DNA of 63,273 bases, the filler included, from Octopus bimaculoides (lineage: Eukaryota), in assembly GCF_001194135.2 (NCBI RefSeq). It is 6 parts of 5 records of this genome, joined end to end, with 100 filler letters (N's around TTAATTAATTAA, not from the genome) between each part and the next. Parts side by side here need not be neighbours in the genome. Positions count along the whole stretch, not along the records: positions 51,261 to 58,005 come from NW_026388712.1; positions 58,106 to 63,273 come from NC_068988.1; 4 more parts are not named here. One strand, written 5' to 3'. The notes beneath the pieces were generated by a model. The model did not search any database. It had not been told where the DNA came from and saw only the letters and a list, made by a program, of their open reading frames with translations. Made by a program: the position numbers and the translations under genes. How positions within the stretch are numbered: the first letter of the stretch is position 1; each line of letters starts with the position of its first letter. Below are positions 51,161 to 63,273 of this stretch, one piece after another.

Positions 51161-51260
51161 NNNNNNNNNNNNNNNNNNNNNNNNNNNNNNNNNNNNNNNN
51201 NNNNTTAATTAATTAANNNNNNNNNNNNNNNNNNNNNNNNNNNNNNNNNNNNNNNNNNNN
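51161..51260. other. Artificial scaffold-joining linker
   Basis: N44-TTAATTAATTAA-N44. Confidence 0.95.
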
Positions 51261-52026
51261 TCCATTTATACATGAAAATATAAACTCTATCTCCCTTGCA
51301 TTCTTGCCAACTGCTTTTATACACACCTACCTGTCGTGGTGCAGAAACAATTATAGGTGACGGTGCAAATAAATGTTATTATCTACCATTTTGCCTCCTG
51401 TCCTCACCCCTTCAAGTCCAACACAATGACATTCACATCATCTTTCTCTTCTTCAACATCACACCTGTTACATTTGGTTACAATTGGTGACTCCGATGTC
51501 TAACAGCCGTTAACATATATATATATGTTTATGCATGTACAAATATATGTATGTGTGCATGTGTATGTATTATCTGTTTATATGTGTGTGTATAAATATA
51601 TATAGAGAGAGAAAGAGAGAGAAAAAGAAAGGGAGAAGGAGGAAGGAAAATAGAGAGAAGTAGAGAGAGGTTGACAGTCAACTAAGGAAGGGAAGTGATT
51701 GAAAAACCCCAAATGATTAATGGAAGATGGCTGCATGGTTAACTAGTTTGATTTGCAAAGCCAAAGTGATAGGTTCAATTCTAAAGCTTGGCATTTTCAC
51801 CCCCTCTCTCACTATTCAATGCCACNNNNNNNNNNNNNNNNNNNNNNNNNNNNNNNNNNNNNNNNNNNNNNNNNNNNNNNNNNNNNNNNNNNNNNNNNGG
51901 TGATGGTGGTGGAGGGGAAGGTGGCGAAGTCAAAGGTGTTGGTGGCGGTGGAGTCAATTCTCAATGGTGTGTGTATGGCAGTTGTCGTGGCGACGGTGGT
52001 GGTATTGATGATGGTTGAAAGCAATC

Positions 52027-52075
<49 letters not shown>

Positions 52076-52214
52076 AGGTAGACACGGAAAAAAATTATAC
52101 TAAGCCCTGAATGGGGAGACAAAAATGTTGTTTATCATGAAGCTTTGCAATAAGTTCCAAGTTGACAAATTATATCATTGTTTTGAGGAAAATTGTTTAT
52201 TGCTTGAAAAATAT

Positions 52215-52594
52215 TGTGGCACGGGAAAAGACATTCGTGCAAGATCGTTCGTCGCCTTCCTGGCGGCACTTGTGCAAGTGGCACGTGAAAAGACATTCGA
52301 GTGAGATCGTTGCCAGTGCCGCTGGACTGGCTCCTGTGCAGGTGGCACGTAAAGCACAACATTTCGAGCGTGGCCGTCGCCAGTTCCGCCTGACTGGCCC
52401 TCGTGCTGGTGGCACGTAAAAGCACCCACTACATTCTCGGAGTGGTTGGCGTTAGGAAGGGCATCCAGCTGTAGAAACTCTGCCAAATCAGGATTGGAGC
52501 CTGGTGTTGCCATCTGGTTTCACTAGTCCTTAGTCAAATCGTTCAACCCATGCTAGCATGGAAAGTGGACGTTGAACGATGATGATGATGATGA
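52215..52594 (+). mobile_element. RTE-type 3' UTR fragment with tandem ~62-67 bp units and (TGA)n tail
   Basis: gtggcacg core at 52216, 52278, 52342 and 52409; then ggcgttaggaagggcatccagc and catgctagcatggaaagtggacgttgaacgatgatgatg, homologous to 24860-25030. Confidence 0.7.
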
Positions 52595-53394
52595 CTAAAG
52601 GCAGTGCTCTAGCATGGCCACAGTCAAATGACTGAAACATATAAAAGAAAAGAATGTACTCATCCCGAAACACCTTTCCTCACCCTCTGAAAAAAATGGT
52701 TTCAGATTAAATTTTAATATAATCGTAATTTCCACCCTCTGAAAGGTATTTGTAGAAAATTTCATAGAAAAATATCCATTTTCTGGGAAGCCAAGAGGCA
52801 ACAAAGTCGGTTGAAGGACACGGTTGCGTAGGTAAACCAGAAAAGTTGTAGTGATAGGAAAATGTGAGTGTTTTCTAGGAAATGATTAATGTGCGCAGTA
52901 GTTTGTGCAAAGTGAAAGTGGGTTTTTCCAAGCAGGGTTTGGAAAGAGGGGGCATAACTCTTGTTTGGCAGAGTAAAACATGTCGCTCTTCTGCGTATGA
53001 AGTCTGGTGTGAAATAGTGACAAGCAGAGAGAGGGTGCGAGAAAAAGGAAAGAATGATAAAGAGAGAGGGAAAGAGGAGTGGCGTGAGTGGCGAAGGACA
53101 TTGGAGTGATAAAGACAGGAAGTGGGAGAAGAGTGAAGGGAAGAAGAGAAAGAAACGTAAGGAAAGAGACCGGAGGAGAAGTAGGAGTGGAAGTAACATC
53201 ATTTGAGAGGAAGAAGGGGAGGAGAGTTTCTTCAGTGACTGATTTCTGCCTGTCTAAGCCTGACTTCCTGTTAAAACATTACGAGAGAGACATATATATA
53301 CCTATATATATACCACTATATATGTATATATACACATATGATCAATATTGTTTGTGAAGCGATGACTAATTCACTGCTTTTTGCCCCAGGCAAA

Positions 53395-54660
53395 ATGTGT
53401 GAAGAGGTGACCCCAGCCTTGAAAAATGTGAGCACGAAATCGCTATGGAAGGCGGGCGATGGACCGGTGAGTTCGATCTTTGCCAAGCTGATATCAAAGT
53501 TGGAGTCGAGCACGGGCCTGAAGGCCGAACATATATTCATCAAAGTGGTGGCCACCTGCTGTTCTTTCGCCGCTGTCTATGTGACCTTCAGCTGGATCCT
53601 CAAGAAGATGGACCCGACATATGAAGAGAAGAAAAAGGCGCAGATCCAAGCTAAAGTTATGTTGAAACGACTCGGCATCGACGAACATGCTTTGAACGAA
53701 TACGAAGTGGCTGTGGCCGCCAACTTGGTCGATCCTCGCTGTTTCGACATCAGCTGGGAACAGATCGGAGGACTTGATAATGTGAAGAAAGAACTGAAAC
53801 AGACAGTCATATTCCCTCTCAAGAATTTCACTTTACTCGACAATTCGAAACTAATGAAACCTCCTCGTGGGGTCCTTTTATATGGCCCTCCCGGCTGTGG
53901 TAAAACCATGATTGCTAAGGCCACAGCCAAGGCTTCCGGTGCCAATTTCTTGTTTGTTGAGCTCTCGTCCATGCTAGACAAATGGTACGGCGAGTCACAG
54001 AAGAGGGTCGCAGCTATATTCAACCTGGCTCATAAAATCCAGCCCACAATTATTTTCATTGACGAAATCGATTCATTATTACGCACCAGAAATACCCAGG
54101 ACCACGAAGCAACCAGTATGATGAAAACCCAGTTTATGAATTACTGGGATGGATTATTGACCGACAGTAAAAGCCAAGTAATTATCATCGGGGCCACAAA
54201 CAACAGGCAGGCCCTCGATCAGGCCATCCTACGGCGAATGCCATGTCAGTTATATGTGGGTAACCCCAGCACCGATCAACGATATCACATCCTTGAAATA
54301 ATCCTCAGTGACGAAGTCCTCGGTCCAGACGTTGATCTTTCAGTCATTGCTCAGATAACTGATGGTTTCTCCGGTAGTGACCTTCACGAAGTTTGCAGAT
54401 TAGCTGCGTCAGTTCGAATCAGTGAATACATCGACACCACCTCGGCCGACAACAAAGAAGGAAGCGAACCATCGTCGCCTATCTTGCTGCTGCCCATGTC
54501 TTCATGCTCATCTGCTCAACCCGAAACCGGTGCCCCTACGGATAAGGGATGTGATTCTAATAAACCGGACAAACTCGAGAATCTTAGAGGAATATCTCAG
54601 ACGGATCTTTGTACAGGAGTTGATAAAGTACAAAGCAACATCTCAAAACTTTTCTGCTGA
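53395..54660 (+). CDS. ATAD1: ATAD1/Msp1 (Thorase) family membrane-anchored AAA+ ATPase, single coding exon, 421 aa (open frame extends upstream to ATG 53338)
   Basis: Uninterrupted ORF. N-terminal hydrophobic anchor (IFIKVVATCCSFAAVYVTFSWIL) followed by MDPT..KKKAQ, then LNEYE..AANLVDP, Walker A GPPGCGKT, pore loop 1 KWYGES, Walker B IIFIDEID, pore loop 2 DHEAT, YWDGL, sensor-1 ATN, Arg-finger ILRRMP and TDGFSGSDL. This motif order matches the ATAD1/Msp1 family as recalled. ATG 53395 (aaaATG) follows a pyrimidine-rich ccccAG and is preferred as start. Confidence 0.93.
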   Translation: MCEEVTPALKNVSTKSLWKAGDGPVSSIFAKLISKLESSTGLKAEHIFIKVVATCCSFAAVYVTFSWILKKMDPTYEEKKKAQIQAKVMLKRLGIDEHALNEYEVAVAANLVDPRCFDISWEQIGGLDNVKKELKQTVIFPLKNFTLLDNSKLMKPPRGVLLYGPPGCGKTMIAKATAKASGANFLFVELSSMLDKWYGESQKRVAAIFNLAHKIQPTIIFIDEIDSLLRTRNTQDHEATSMMKTQFMNYWDGLLTDSKSQVIIIGATNNRQALDQAILRRMPCQLYVGNPSTDQRYHILEIILSDEVLGPDVDLSVIAQITDGFSGSDLHEVCRLAASVRISEYIDTTSADNKEGSEPSSPILLLPMSSCSSAQPETGAPTDKGCDSNKPDKLENLRGISQTDLCTGVDKVQSNISKLFC

Positions 54661-54995
54661 TAAAAAAATATATATACAAAAGAAGACAAAAAAAAAAAGA
54701 GAAAAATACGAAAAGTCTGGATGTCTTAATTTTTTTTTTTTTTTTTTTGTTGTTTGTTTGTTTGACCACAGGCAGGTCCTTGTTCCTGACCCCGTTGACC
54801 TTAATGATCAAGGAAATATGTAATTCCAGCCATAACCACCACCATCAACAGCACCTGTGTTTTATATTTCCTTTACTTACATACTGCCATAGTGTACCTT
54901 GGATTACATTATCCTTCGATTTAGGCACAAAATAACCGACAGCTCAGTCAAAAACAGTTTTCACGTATGTATATGTTTATATGACACCGTATATG

Positions 54996-55035
<40 letters not shown>

Positions 55036-55045
55036 NNNNNNNNNN

Positions 55046-55080
<35 letters not shown>

Positions 55081-55648
55081 CATATACACACACACCGCCT
55101 TATACAAACTTACAATCATTACTTGTACACATATGCGAATATATATATACATACACTCTCTCTTCCTTAGTGTGAATAAATATATATTCACATTCCTAAA
55201 CATGTATACGTTTGTGACACCACATATATATATATATATATATATGGTGGTGCTCCAGCATGATCACAACCACATGGCTGAAACGAGTACAATATACAAA
55301 CCTAAACATACATTCAAACCATCCAGAACTCAAAGCAACCAAACAAAAAATGTAAACCATACATTGACTTTGTTGGCGGCCATTTTATGTGTCTAATTCG
55401 AAAGGTCACTCATTGTCCAGTGTGTCTTTCCAATTATAAGACGTCTGGATGTGTTTTGATGGGATTTGGCTGCTATCTCTAGCAGATCGAGCGACCACAA
55501 GGATGCTCTATTTTATATTATGTAATGTAGTTAATTAACTAATATCTTAAAAAAAAAACCAATTAAACTATAATCCTTTATTTTTTATTAAACTAAATCT
55601 TTTATGCAACACACCTGATGTTTTGATTACCTCAGATATAAGTAAATG

Positions 55649-55696
<48 letters not shown>

Positions 55697-55752
55697 CACA
55701 CACCTCTTTGTATTGATGTGTATGTGTGTGTGTGAGGCGATGAGCTGGCAGA

Positions 55753-55786
<34 letters not shown>

Positions 55787-56011
55787 AGTCGTTTATATTT
55801 ATATAAGGGCATTACTACAGAATAAAGCCACACGCCAGACTTCCCAAATAAACACATTTTAGTACCGGTGTTTAGTTGNNNNNNNNNNNNNNNNNNNNNN
55901 NNNNNNNNNNNNNNNNNNNNNNNNNNNNNNNNNNNNNNNNNNNNNNNNNNNNNNNNNNNNNNNNNNNNNNNNNNNNNNNNNNNNNNNNNNNNNNNNNNNN
56001 NNNNNNNNNNN

Positions 56012-56059
<48 letters not shown>

Positions 56060-58005
56060 CACACACACACACATATATATATATATAAGTGTAGCTGTGC
56101 GGTAAGAAGCTTGCTTCCCAACAATATATGGTTCCGGGTTCAGTTCCATGGCGTGGCACCTTGGGCAAGTGTCTACAACTATAGCCTCGGGCCGGTCAAA
56201 GCCTTGGTGAGTGTATTTGGTAGACGGAAACCGAAAGAAGACCGTTGTGTGTGTATATATATATCAATATTATCTTGGTTGAAAAACTTCGATAATGCAA
56301 ATATGTTAATGGTTACCAGGGTAACCAAAGTCTCCTTTGGAGTAGAGTGCATCTAATTTTTGGAACATGTGTAGGAATTAAAGGAATTTATTGATTATAA
56401 GCGTTTTGCTCCATTTATTATTATTCTTTGACAACCGGTGTTGATATGTTTACGTCTCCGTAAGCCAACGGTTTGGCAAAGTGGACGACGGAGTGAGTCC
56501 TGGACATGTGTTTCTGTCGGAGAGAAATCCGGAAGATCTCCGACGTCGATTGGAAACAGTCGAAGGGTTTGTTTACGTCCACTTCAACATCTTCTTTGAT
56601 GGATCCACAGCATCTCCTGCTCCCCTCCTCTTCACTTATCTTTTACAAATGTTTTGATAAACTGACAAGTTAGTCTTATCAAATTAATTTTCCTGGCAAT
56701 TCCTGGCCACAACATGCAAACTTCCAATTTTCTCTCATCCCTTCTTCTCTTTTTTTCTTCCTTCTTTCCTTCAATTGAAACCCTTTCCTCTTCCATATTC
56801 TCCATTTCTCTCTCCTTTTCATTCATTTTATTTCTTCTTTGGCATTTTCTTCCTGAACCTCTTAAAATTTCCCTTCCATCATTTTTTATTACACTCAAAT
56901 TATTATTATTATTGTTCTTCAAATGATTTGTTGCATTATTTTAAAGTTTTGATGAAAGTGTTTGCATTAATTATTAATATCACAAAGAATGTCGTTATTA
57001 ATAACGTGATTAAGGGACCCCATCGTTACAAGCACCTGTCATCTGCTGAAAGGAAAGATTTGGCTGTTGTTTCTAGCACAAGCCGGCCTAAACTTCAGAC
57101 GGTGACAGTGTAAACATTGGAGGAGCGAAAAGAAGAATTTAGAAGTGTACTTTACCTGAATGGTGAGTTGAATGGTTACCAAGGCAAAGCGAGGAGATTC
57201 TGTTGAAAAGGCTTGGGTTTCTTTCTGGTTCTTTGTGCTCTGAAAGCCATTGTTGGTCGACCCAGGGCTTGGAAGCGACCGACGAAGACGACACTGATGG
57301 CTTCTGGGAAACTCATAGCTCGTTTACCCAAATCAGTTTTAGTCAGAAAACAAAAACGTCCCACTAACAATCTCTTTACTTTGAATTGCCCCCTATTAAT
57401 ATTAATTTCTTTCTATTAATATTTTTAGATTTAGTTTTCCCAACTTTATTTTTTGGGAGGCACAACCGGAAGTTGATATCTAATGGCAAAGAGGTCATAG
57501 GACAACAGGGTTTTTCTGATGTGAAACCCTTTATGAACAGGAAACCTATGGTATTCCCATAAACCGGCCTCCCCCCGTTTTTAATATATACTGCTCGACA
57601 TCTTACAGCATTCTACCTCTTTTGCATTTCGATTAATTCAGGTTTGCCTTCCACAGGTGTGCGTGCGATACAAACATACTGTTACGCGCACGCACGCACG
57701 CACGCAAACACAGGTACAATGGCAGTCAGAGGTAAAGAATACGCACACCACCCGTTTTTGGTGTAACTTTAACCACTGGCTGGGTCAACATATATATATG
57801 AACACATTTTTTTTTTTTTTTTAAATTTTAAGTTTCAGCTTAGTGCTGCGGCCATGCTGATGCACCACCATGTTGCTACACTGTTATTACAGGGAGCTTC
57901 TTACAATATGTGGCACTTGGTGACGAATGGAGTTTGATTTAACAACCCTCATTTGCACCTCCTGCCGCGAGGTAGGTTCATCTGGGACTCTTGATAGGAA
58001 GAGGT

Positions 58006-58105
58006 NNNNNNNNNNNNNNNNNNNNNNNNNNNNNNNNNNNNNNNNNNNNTTAATTAATTAANNNNNNNNNNNNNNNNNNNNNNNNNNNNNNNNNNNNNNN
58101 NNNNN
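58006..58105. other. Artificial scaffold-joining linker
   Basis: N44-TTAATTAATTAA-N44. Confidence 0.95.
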
Positions 58106-58157
<52 letters not shown>

Positions 58158-58509
58158 TTTAATCACCCGCTCAGTCAGTGACCCGAAATTACTTTCCCTC
58201 CACGTAGCCGTCTATAAATAGGTTGATGTAAAAAACTCATTAATAATTAGGAGACGAAAACAGTAGTTACAACTCCCCAGCACAACGCGAAATCAATTCA
58301 ATTAAGTCAGCGCTTAATTCATATACGACAACGGCTCTTATAATTAACAGTCACTATGGAATAGTCCCTATAATTAGTCAGCAGTCTTGAAGCATCCCCC
58401 CTGTTGAAACCCATAAAGAATTGGTTATATATACACAGCTAAAGTACCAGTGATTAAACGAGGTTCAATAAAACCAAATCCTTTCTGATGCTGAAGGTCT
58501 ATCTTGGTT

Positions 58510-58716
58510 TCGAATCTTGGCTCAAGGCCATCAATTTTGAGGGATGGGTAAGTTGATTATATCGACCCCAGTACGCAACTGGTACTTATTTTATCGACCC
58601 TGAAAGGATGAAAGGCAAACTCGACCTCATCGGAATTTGAACTCAGAACGTAAGGACAGACGAAATGCCGCTAAGCAATTTGCCCGGACTGCTAACGTTT
58701 TGGCCAGCTCACCGCC

Positions 58717-58772
<56 letters not shown>

Positions 58773-58977
58773 CCTTTCTACTATAGGCACAAGGCCTGGA
58801 TTTTTGTGGGGAGGGGTACAATAAATCACATCGACCCTAGTACTTCACTGGTACCTAATTTATTAACCCTGAGATGATGAAAGGCTAAGTTGACCATGGA
58901 ACTCAGAACGTAAGGACGGACGAAATGCCGCTAAGCATTTTGCCCGGACTGCTAACGTTTCGGCCAGCACGCCACCT
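58510..58977 (-). mobile_element. Tandem pair of SINE family B copies joined by (ATT)n
   Basis: Copies 58772-58977 and 58510-58716 are separated by a (TAA)n tract 58717-58771. Other copies lie at ~13430-13850, 33770-34140, 37735-37910(-) and 59020-59205. Confidence 0.8.
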
Positions 58978-60299
58978 TCTAAAGGTCTAATATTAATTAT
59001 GTTTTAAAGATAGACGCAAGAAAGGCGGAGAACCGGTGGAATCGGTAGCATGCCAGTGGGAATACTTGTCGGTGTTTCGTCTGTCTTTATGATTTGAGTT
59101 CAAATTCTTCCGAGGTCGACTTTGCTTTTCGTCCCTCTGGAATCGATAAAATATGTGCCAGCAGAGCATTTTCTTCTTGCTGACCTTGTACCAAAATTTG
59201 AAAACATTTTTACAACTGCCCGAATAGCATTTTAAGAACTTTGCTTTTGGAAATCCAGCAGAAATCACGATCGAAGCGAATTCTTTCTCAATTTACATTC
59301 TTTCAGACTCAGACATTCTTTTCGGGTGGATGTTTTTATATTCTCTACTAAAATTCCATTACTCACAATGAAATCTTAACCGAAACTCAATATAAATCTG
59401 GTTCCTTGTTTTCGTTAAAAAAGAAAACTAAATATACATAAAAAAGAATGATTGGAAAATAATATAAAAAGTTTTTCTAAGATACATAATTAAAATAATT
59501 AGCATAATTTATTCTTTCATTCATTCATTCGTCCATCTCTCTCTCTCTCTATATATAAACTTTACTCCCATTGTGTTTATCTTCTATCGGATGTCAATGT
59601 CACAAGAAGGAAGCAAGGGTGGTTTCCAACCGACATTACGGTAACTGTGTATTCTTGTTCTCCTCAAGGAATTCCACCTGGTTTTAACCTAACCCAGTCA
59701 GCAGGGAACCGATTTGCCTTCCTTCTTTCTTTCTTCATCTCCCCCCCCTCTCTCTCTCTCTTACAAACACACACCGCTCTATGCAGCTATTGAAACACTA
59801 GTACGTTGGGTGTCTGTTTTCCACAGCAATATTCCAAACTGTGTATCTTGTGTTCATTCAACTTATTTTGGTCAGATTTTTAAGTGTTTAAAAATGATCT
59901 TAGTTTTCACTGTTTCTTTTCCTATTAATAACATTTTAAGGCGTTCGACAATACAGTACATGCATACATCATCATCATCATCATCATCATCACCACCACC
60001 ACCACCACCACCATCATTATCATTACCATCATCATCGTCATCTTCATCGGCATCATCATCATCATCATCATCTTCACCACCACCACCACCGCTACTACCA
60101 CCACCTTTATGGTGAAACATTGCAAACTGCTGTTNNNNNNNNNNNNNNNNNNNNNNNNNNNNNNNNNNNNNNNNNNNNNNNNNNNNNNNNNNNNNNNNNN
60201 NNNNNNNNNNNNNNNNNNNNNNNNNNNNNNNNNNNNNNNNNNNNNNNNNNNNNNNNNNNNNNNNNNNNNNNNNNNNNNNNNNNATATATATATATATAC

Positions 60300-60910
60300 A
60301 AAAGCAAAGAAGCAAAGCCACCTACATAACGACCTCAGATAACTTGGCATAGATGTGGTCGCCATCAACGAAACCAGAGTTTTGGACACGCTAGCTGTCA
60401 TATTCATCTTCGGCTTTTGCTAGGCGGACGCTTCTTCAAGTTGATTTGGACCAGAAGACAGAGGCTTCTGTGTTTTCAAAAGGCCTGAATCTCGTGATAT
60501 GAACAGCCTTCCTGGACTCAGAAGGTAAATTGAACGACCAGCAGCGAAGGTCATGCCTTCTGACATTGGCGGTCCACGTTCCGACAGAGGTGGAGCAGGC
60601 AGATTTTGTTAGATGTTTTGAGTCTGTGATGAAAACGACTTTCAATCTCCTACTAGCTCTGAAGTACGAATGGGAGAGAGGAACGGTACCTTGTAATGCA
60701 TGATAGGACTACAAAAGCTTCACTTCCATCCAGACGTTTTCAGCTGTCTGTCAGGTACCGAATCGATTTCCCGAATGTGCCATTGGGGATATAAACTACC
60801 TGCATCACATCTAGAAAAGATCGTGTCTCGGCAGAGTATTCTAATGGCCAAGGGATAGGCATAGCGTAGGTTGTCCACGCTATTTTGAGCCTAACCACGA
60901 AGTGGTGATC
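60300..60910 (+). mobile_element. Decayed APE-endonuclease LINE fragment (L1/Tx1-like)
   Basis: DLR*LGIDVVAINETR (APE motif I) and CPRYFEPNHEVV (resembling the SDH motif); the remainder is degenerate. Confidence 0.45.
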
Positions 60911-61449
60911 TGTACGGCCAACCTAGATAGGCTTACAGAGACTAAATTAGCGAATGAGTTTAGCGGACGTTAAATGGAGTCATAGTTAAGAATAAACGGT
61001 GGTTCGTCTTGAAGAATCTGATTAGAACAGAATGAATAAAGTTTAGCAATAGAAATAGAGAAAAATAGATTAGAAGATTTAGTTAGAAACTTAGAAAGAG
61101 GCATTTAAGAGAGATGCCACGACCGATATGTTTGAATCGAGATTAACTATCGACTAAATCTTCAACGAGAAGCACGAAGGTTGCGTTGTTTGTTCTATGA
61201 GTTAATAGAAAAGAAATATGCAATAAAATAAAGTAGAGTACGGAATGCAATAGAAACGAATGAATATGAAGAAAAGTGGACAAGCTAACAGATATTTAAC
61301 TCTCATTGACAAAGACAGAGAAGGAGAAGATTATTAAGTGAACTGTAGCGAAGAAGTACATTAAGAAAGTGAAGTGACATATATAAATGTCAAATTGTAT
61401 TGATCAATCATTTAGAGTTAGAAACGGGAAGTTAAAAGAGATGTAGATC

Positions 61450-61800
61450 AGACAGAGCAATTACAAAGAGGAAATAAGACAAATCTACTTGAGAGTAGAA
61501 ATAATATCTTAAGAAGATATCAAAGTACAAAGCTTCAGTTACAGATGGAATTCAAGGTTTTTGGTTCATAAACTTCCATTAACTACTCAAAAAAGATATA
61601 TTATTAAGTACAACTGAATTTGATAATCTATTGTTACAGAAAGGGGAATGAGGCGAATAATTTTAAGCTTGTTACATGTTTAGTGCTGATGTGGAGTTTA
61701 CTGACAAGATTGATAAATGGTGAGGCCTAGTTTTTCATTGAAATAAAATACGTTATTCCCGAGGAACAAGGGGGATGCTTAACTGATACAACTGAACACA
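61450..61800 (+). mobile_element. Highly decayed R4/Dong-like RT N-terminal fragment
   Basis: DGIQGFW; KGNEANNFKLVTCLVLMWSLLT; PEEQGGC, resembling NYRPITCLPLMWKLLT..LPEEQKGC. Confidence 0.5.
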
Positions 61801-62255
61801 GACGACTTTATATCATTGATAACCGATTTATTTTTCATGGATGGCCTCAAACGTTTCTAAAAAAATTAACAACGAATAGAATTTCTCGAAAGAATTTGGA
61901 AGCAATCTCTGGAAAGACAGTGGAATTCAAAACGAATTATAAAGCAGTAATAAAGAAGATATCAATAACTGATTAGCGTTAGACGCGATTAGGACAGATC
62001 ATGTTTGAAGGGAGATTGATAGAAGCTAGCAAGATAATGTTGGATATGTGGTGAGAACATCATTCATTTAGAGAGTGAACAAACCAAGAACGGGAAAAGA
62101 GAAAAGGAAATAAATGTTAAATGTAGAGGAAGAATAATAGCAGCATTATTTAATAAACTATAGTGTTACCCAACATATGACAGATAACTTTTGAAGTATA
62201 TTTTTGCTACTATGGATAACACCAAGAAATATGACATACACAAATATATTTGTGA

Positions 62256-62295
<40 letters not shown>

Positions 62296-62297
<2 letters not shown>

Positions 62298-62550
62298 TTG
62301 GCCACAATGCGCTTCGCCTTGTTTTGGCTTTCGGATAATGCCACCCCGCTCTTTTGGCAAGCAGGCCAACAATCCCCTCCGATCAGAGGACAATTCTGTC
62401 ACAGGGTGACGCATTTACAGCTGAGTGGACTGGAGCAACGTGAAATGAAGTGCTTTGTTCAAGGAAACAACGTTCCACCCGGTCCGCGAATCGAAATCAC
62501 TTTCTAGTGATCGTGAGTGCAGCGCTTTAACCACTAGGCCACGTATCTTC
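62296..62550 (-). mobile_element. tRNA-derived SINE family C
   Basis: Minus strand gtggcctagtggttaaagcgctgcactcacgatc...ttcgattcgcggaccggg...ttgaacaaagcacttcatttcacgttgctccagtccactcagctgtaaatg; related copies at 44369-44638(+) and 36625-36790(-). Confidence 0.75.
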
Positions 62551-63273
62551 ATATATAATATAATTATAATTTAGTTTTTAGGAAATTTATTGGTGAAATT
62601 TCTACAAATTATCAAAGCAAAAATATTACCTTAAGATGAAGCGAAATAAAACAAGTTTCTCGTTTCTCTATTTGCAATAAACACTTGTTACTATTTTCTA
62701 AATTTTATCAACACAATCGCAATCTATTCCAGCTAAAAATGTATCTCTGAAAAATTTGAACTCTTCCCAGTAAGTACTCGGTCATTCAACTCCTCCTCCT
62801 CCTCCTCCTACTACTACTACTACAATATTTCGCCATGTGTAAATATATTCTTAACAAATAACTAAAAAGTTCGTTGCGTCTGGTTTTGATGTTTGGGGCA
62901 AATTGTATAAAAGACGACTGTTTCCAGCTATCCAGTGTGTTTAACAGTAAATATATATATATATATTCATATACACGCCGTGCTGACTGAAATGTATAGA
63001 TTAACACATTAAATATTATTCTACATGAATGAATAAAAACATTCGAATTCTTATCACCTCCTTCATAGCAACGTTCAGTGAGTGCGAATGCGCATGCGTG
63101 CGTATGGTTGTGTGTGTGTGCGTGTGTGTGTTTCTGATTGTTGCAGTTTTAAGAATGATTTCATGTGTGAGCCTATAAGCCTATATAAGATGGTTATGTA
63201 GGTATCACTCTGTCGTTTATACACATATACATATGTACATACACACCCATATATATATATATATATATATATA

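Noticed and set aside
54646-54660. SKL near the ATAD1 C-terminus as a peroxisomal PTS1
   Set aside because: It is followed by FC; PTS1 must be the terminal tripeptide.
56470-57370. GC-richer unique sequence as exons of a second gene
   Set aside because: No frame gives a recognisable protein or consistent splice sites; would need RNA-seq.

Overview
AT-rich eukaryotic (animal) genomic DNA dominated by microsatellites, SINEs and decayed transposons. The repeat landscape looks like Octopus/cephalopod DNA (inferred from recalled SINE families, not from a search). The window is not one contiguous locus: five artificial 100-bp linkers (N44-TTAATTAATTAA-N44) join six separate scaffolds (1-25128, 25229-31988, 32089-42405, 42506-51160, 51261-58005, 58106-63273). 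Only one convincing host gene is present: an intact ATAD1/Msp1-family AAA+ ATPase with an intronless CDS (53395-54660), probably a retrogene. Other protein-like sequence belongs to degraded retroelements: three Penelope-like elements (one near-complete RT+GIY-YIG copy), an RTE LINE split by a nested insertion, R4/Dong-type RLE LINEs, CR1-like and Tx1-like scraps. There are also MITEs with TSDs, including a fold-back family carrying telomeric repeats. The most unusual structure is a short non-coding LTR element whose primer-binding region is three tandem 3'-halves of tRNA-Trp, decaying progressively away from the LTR. Two hammerhead-ribozyme-like motifs and a candidate microexon were also noticed. 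No rRNA, full tRNA gene or CRISPR array is supported. Most ORFs in the supplied track are microsatellite or N-gap artefacts.
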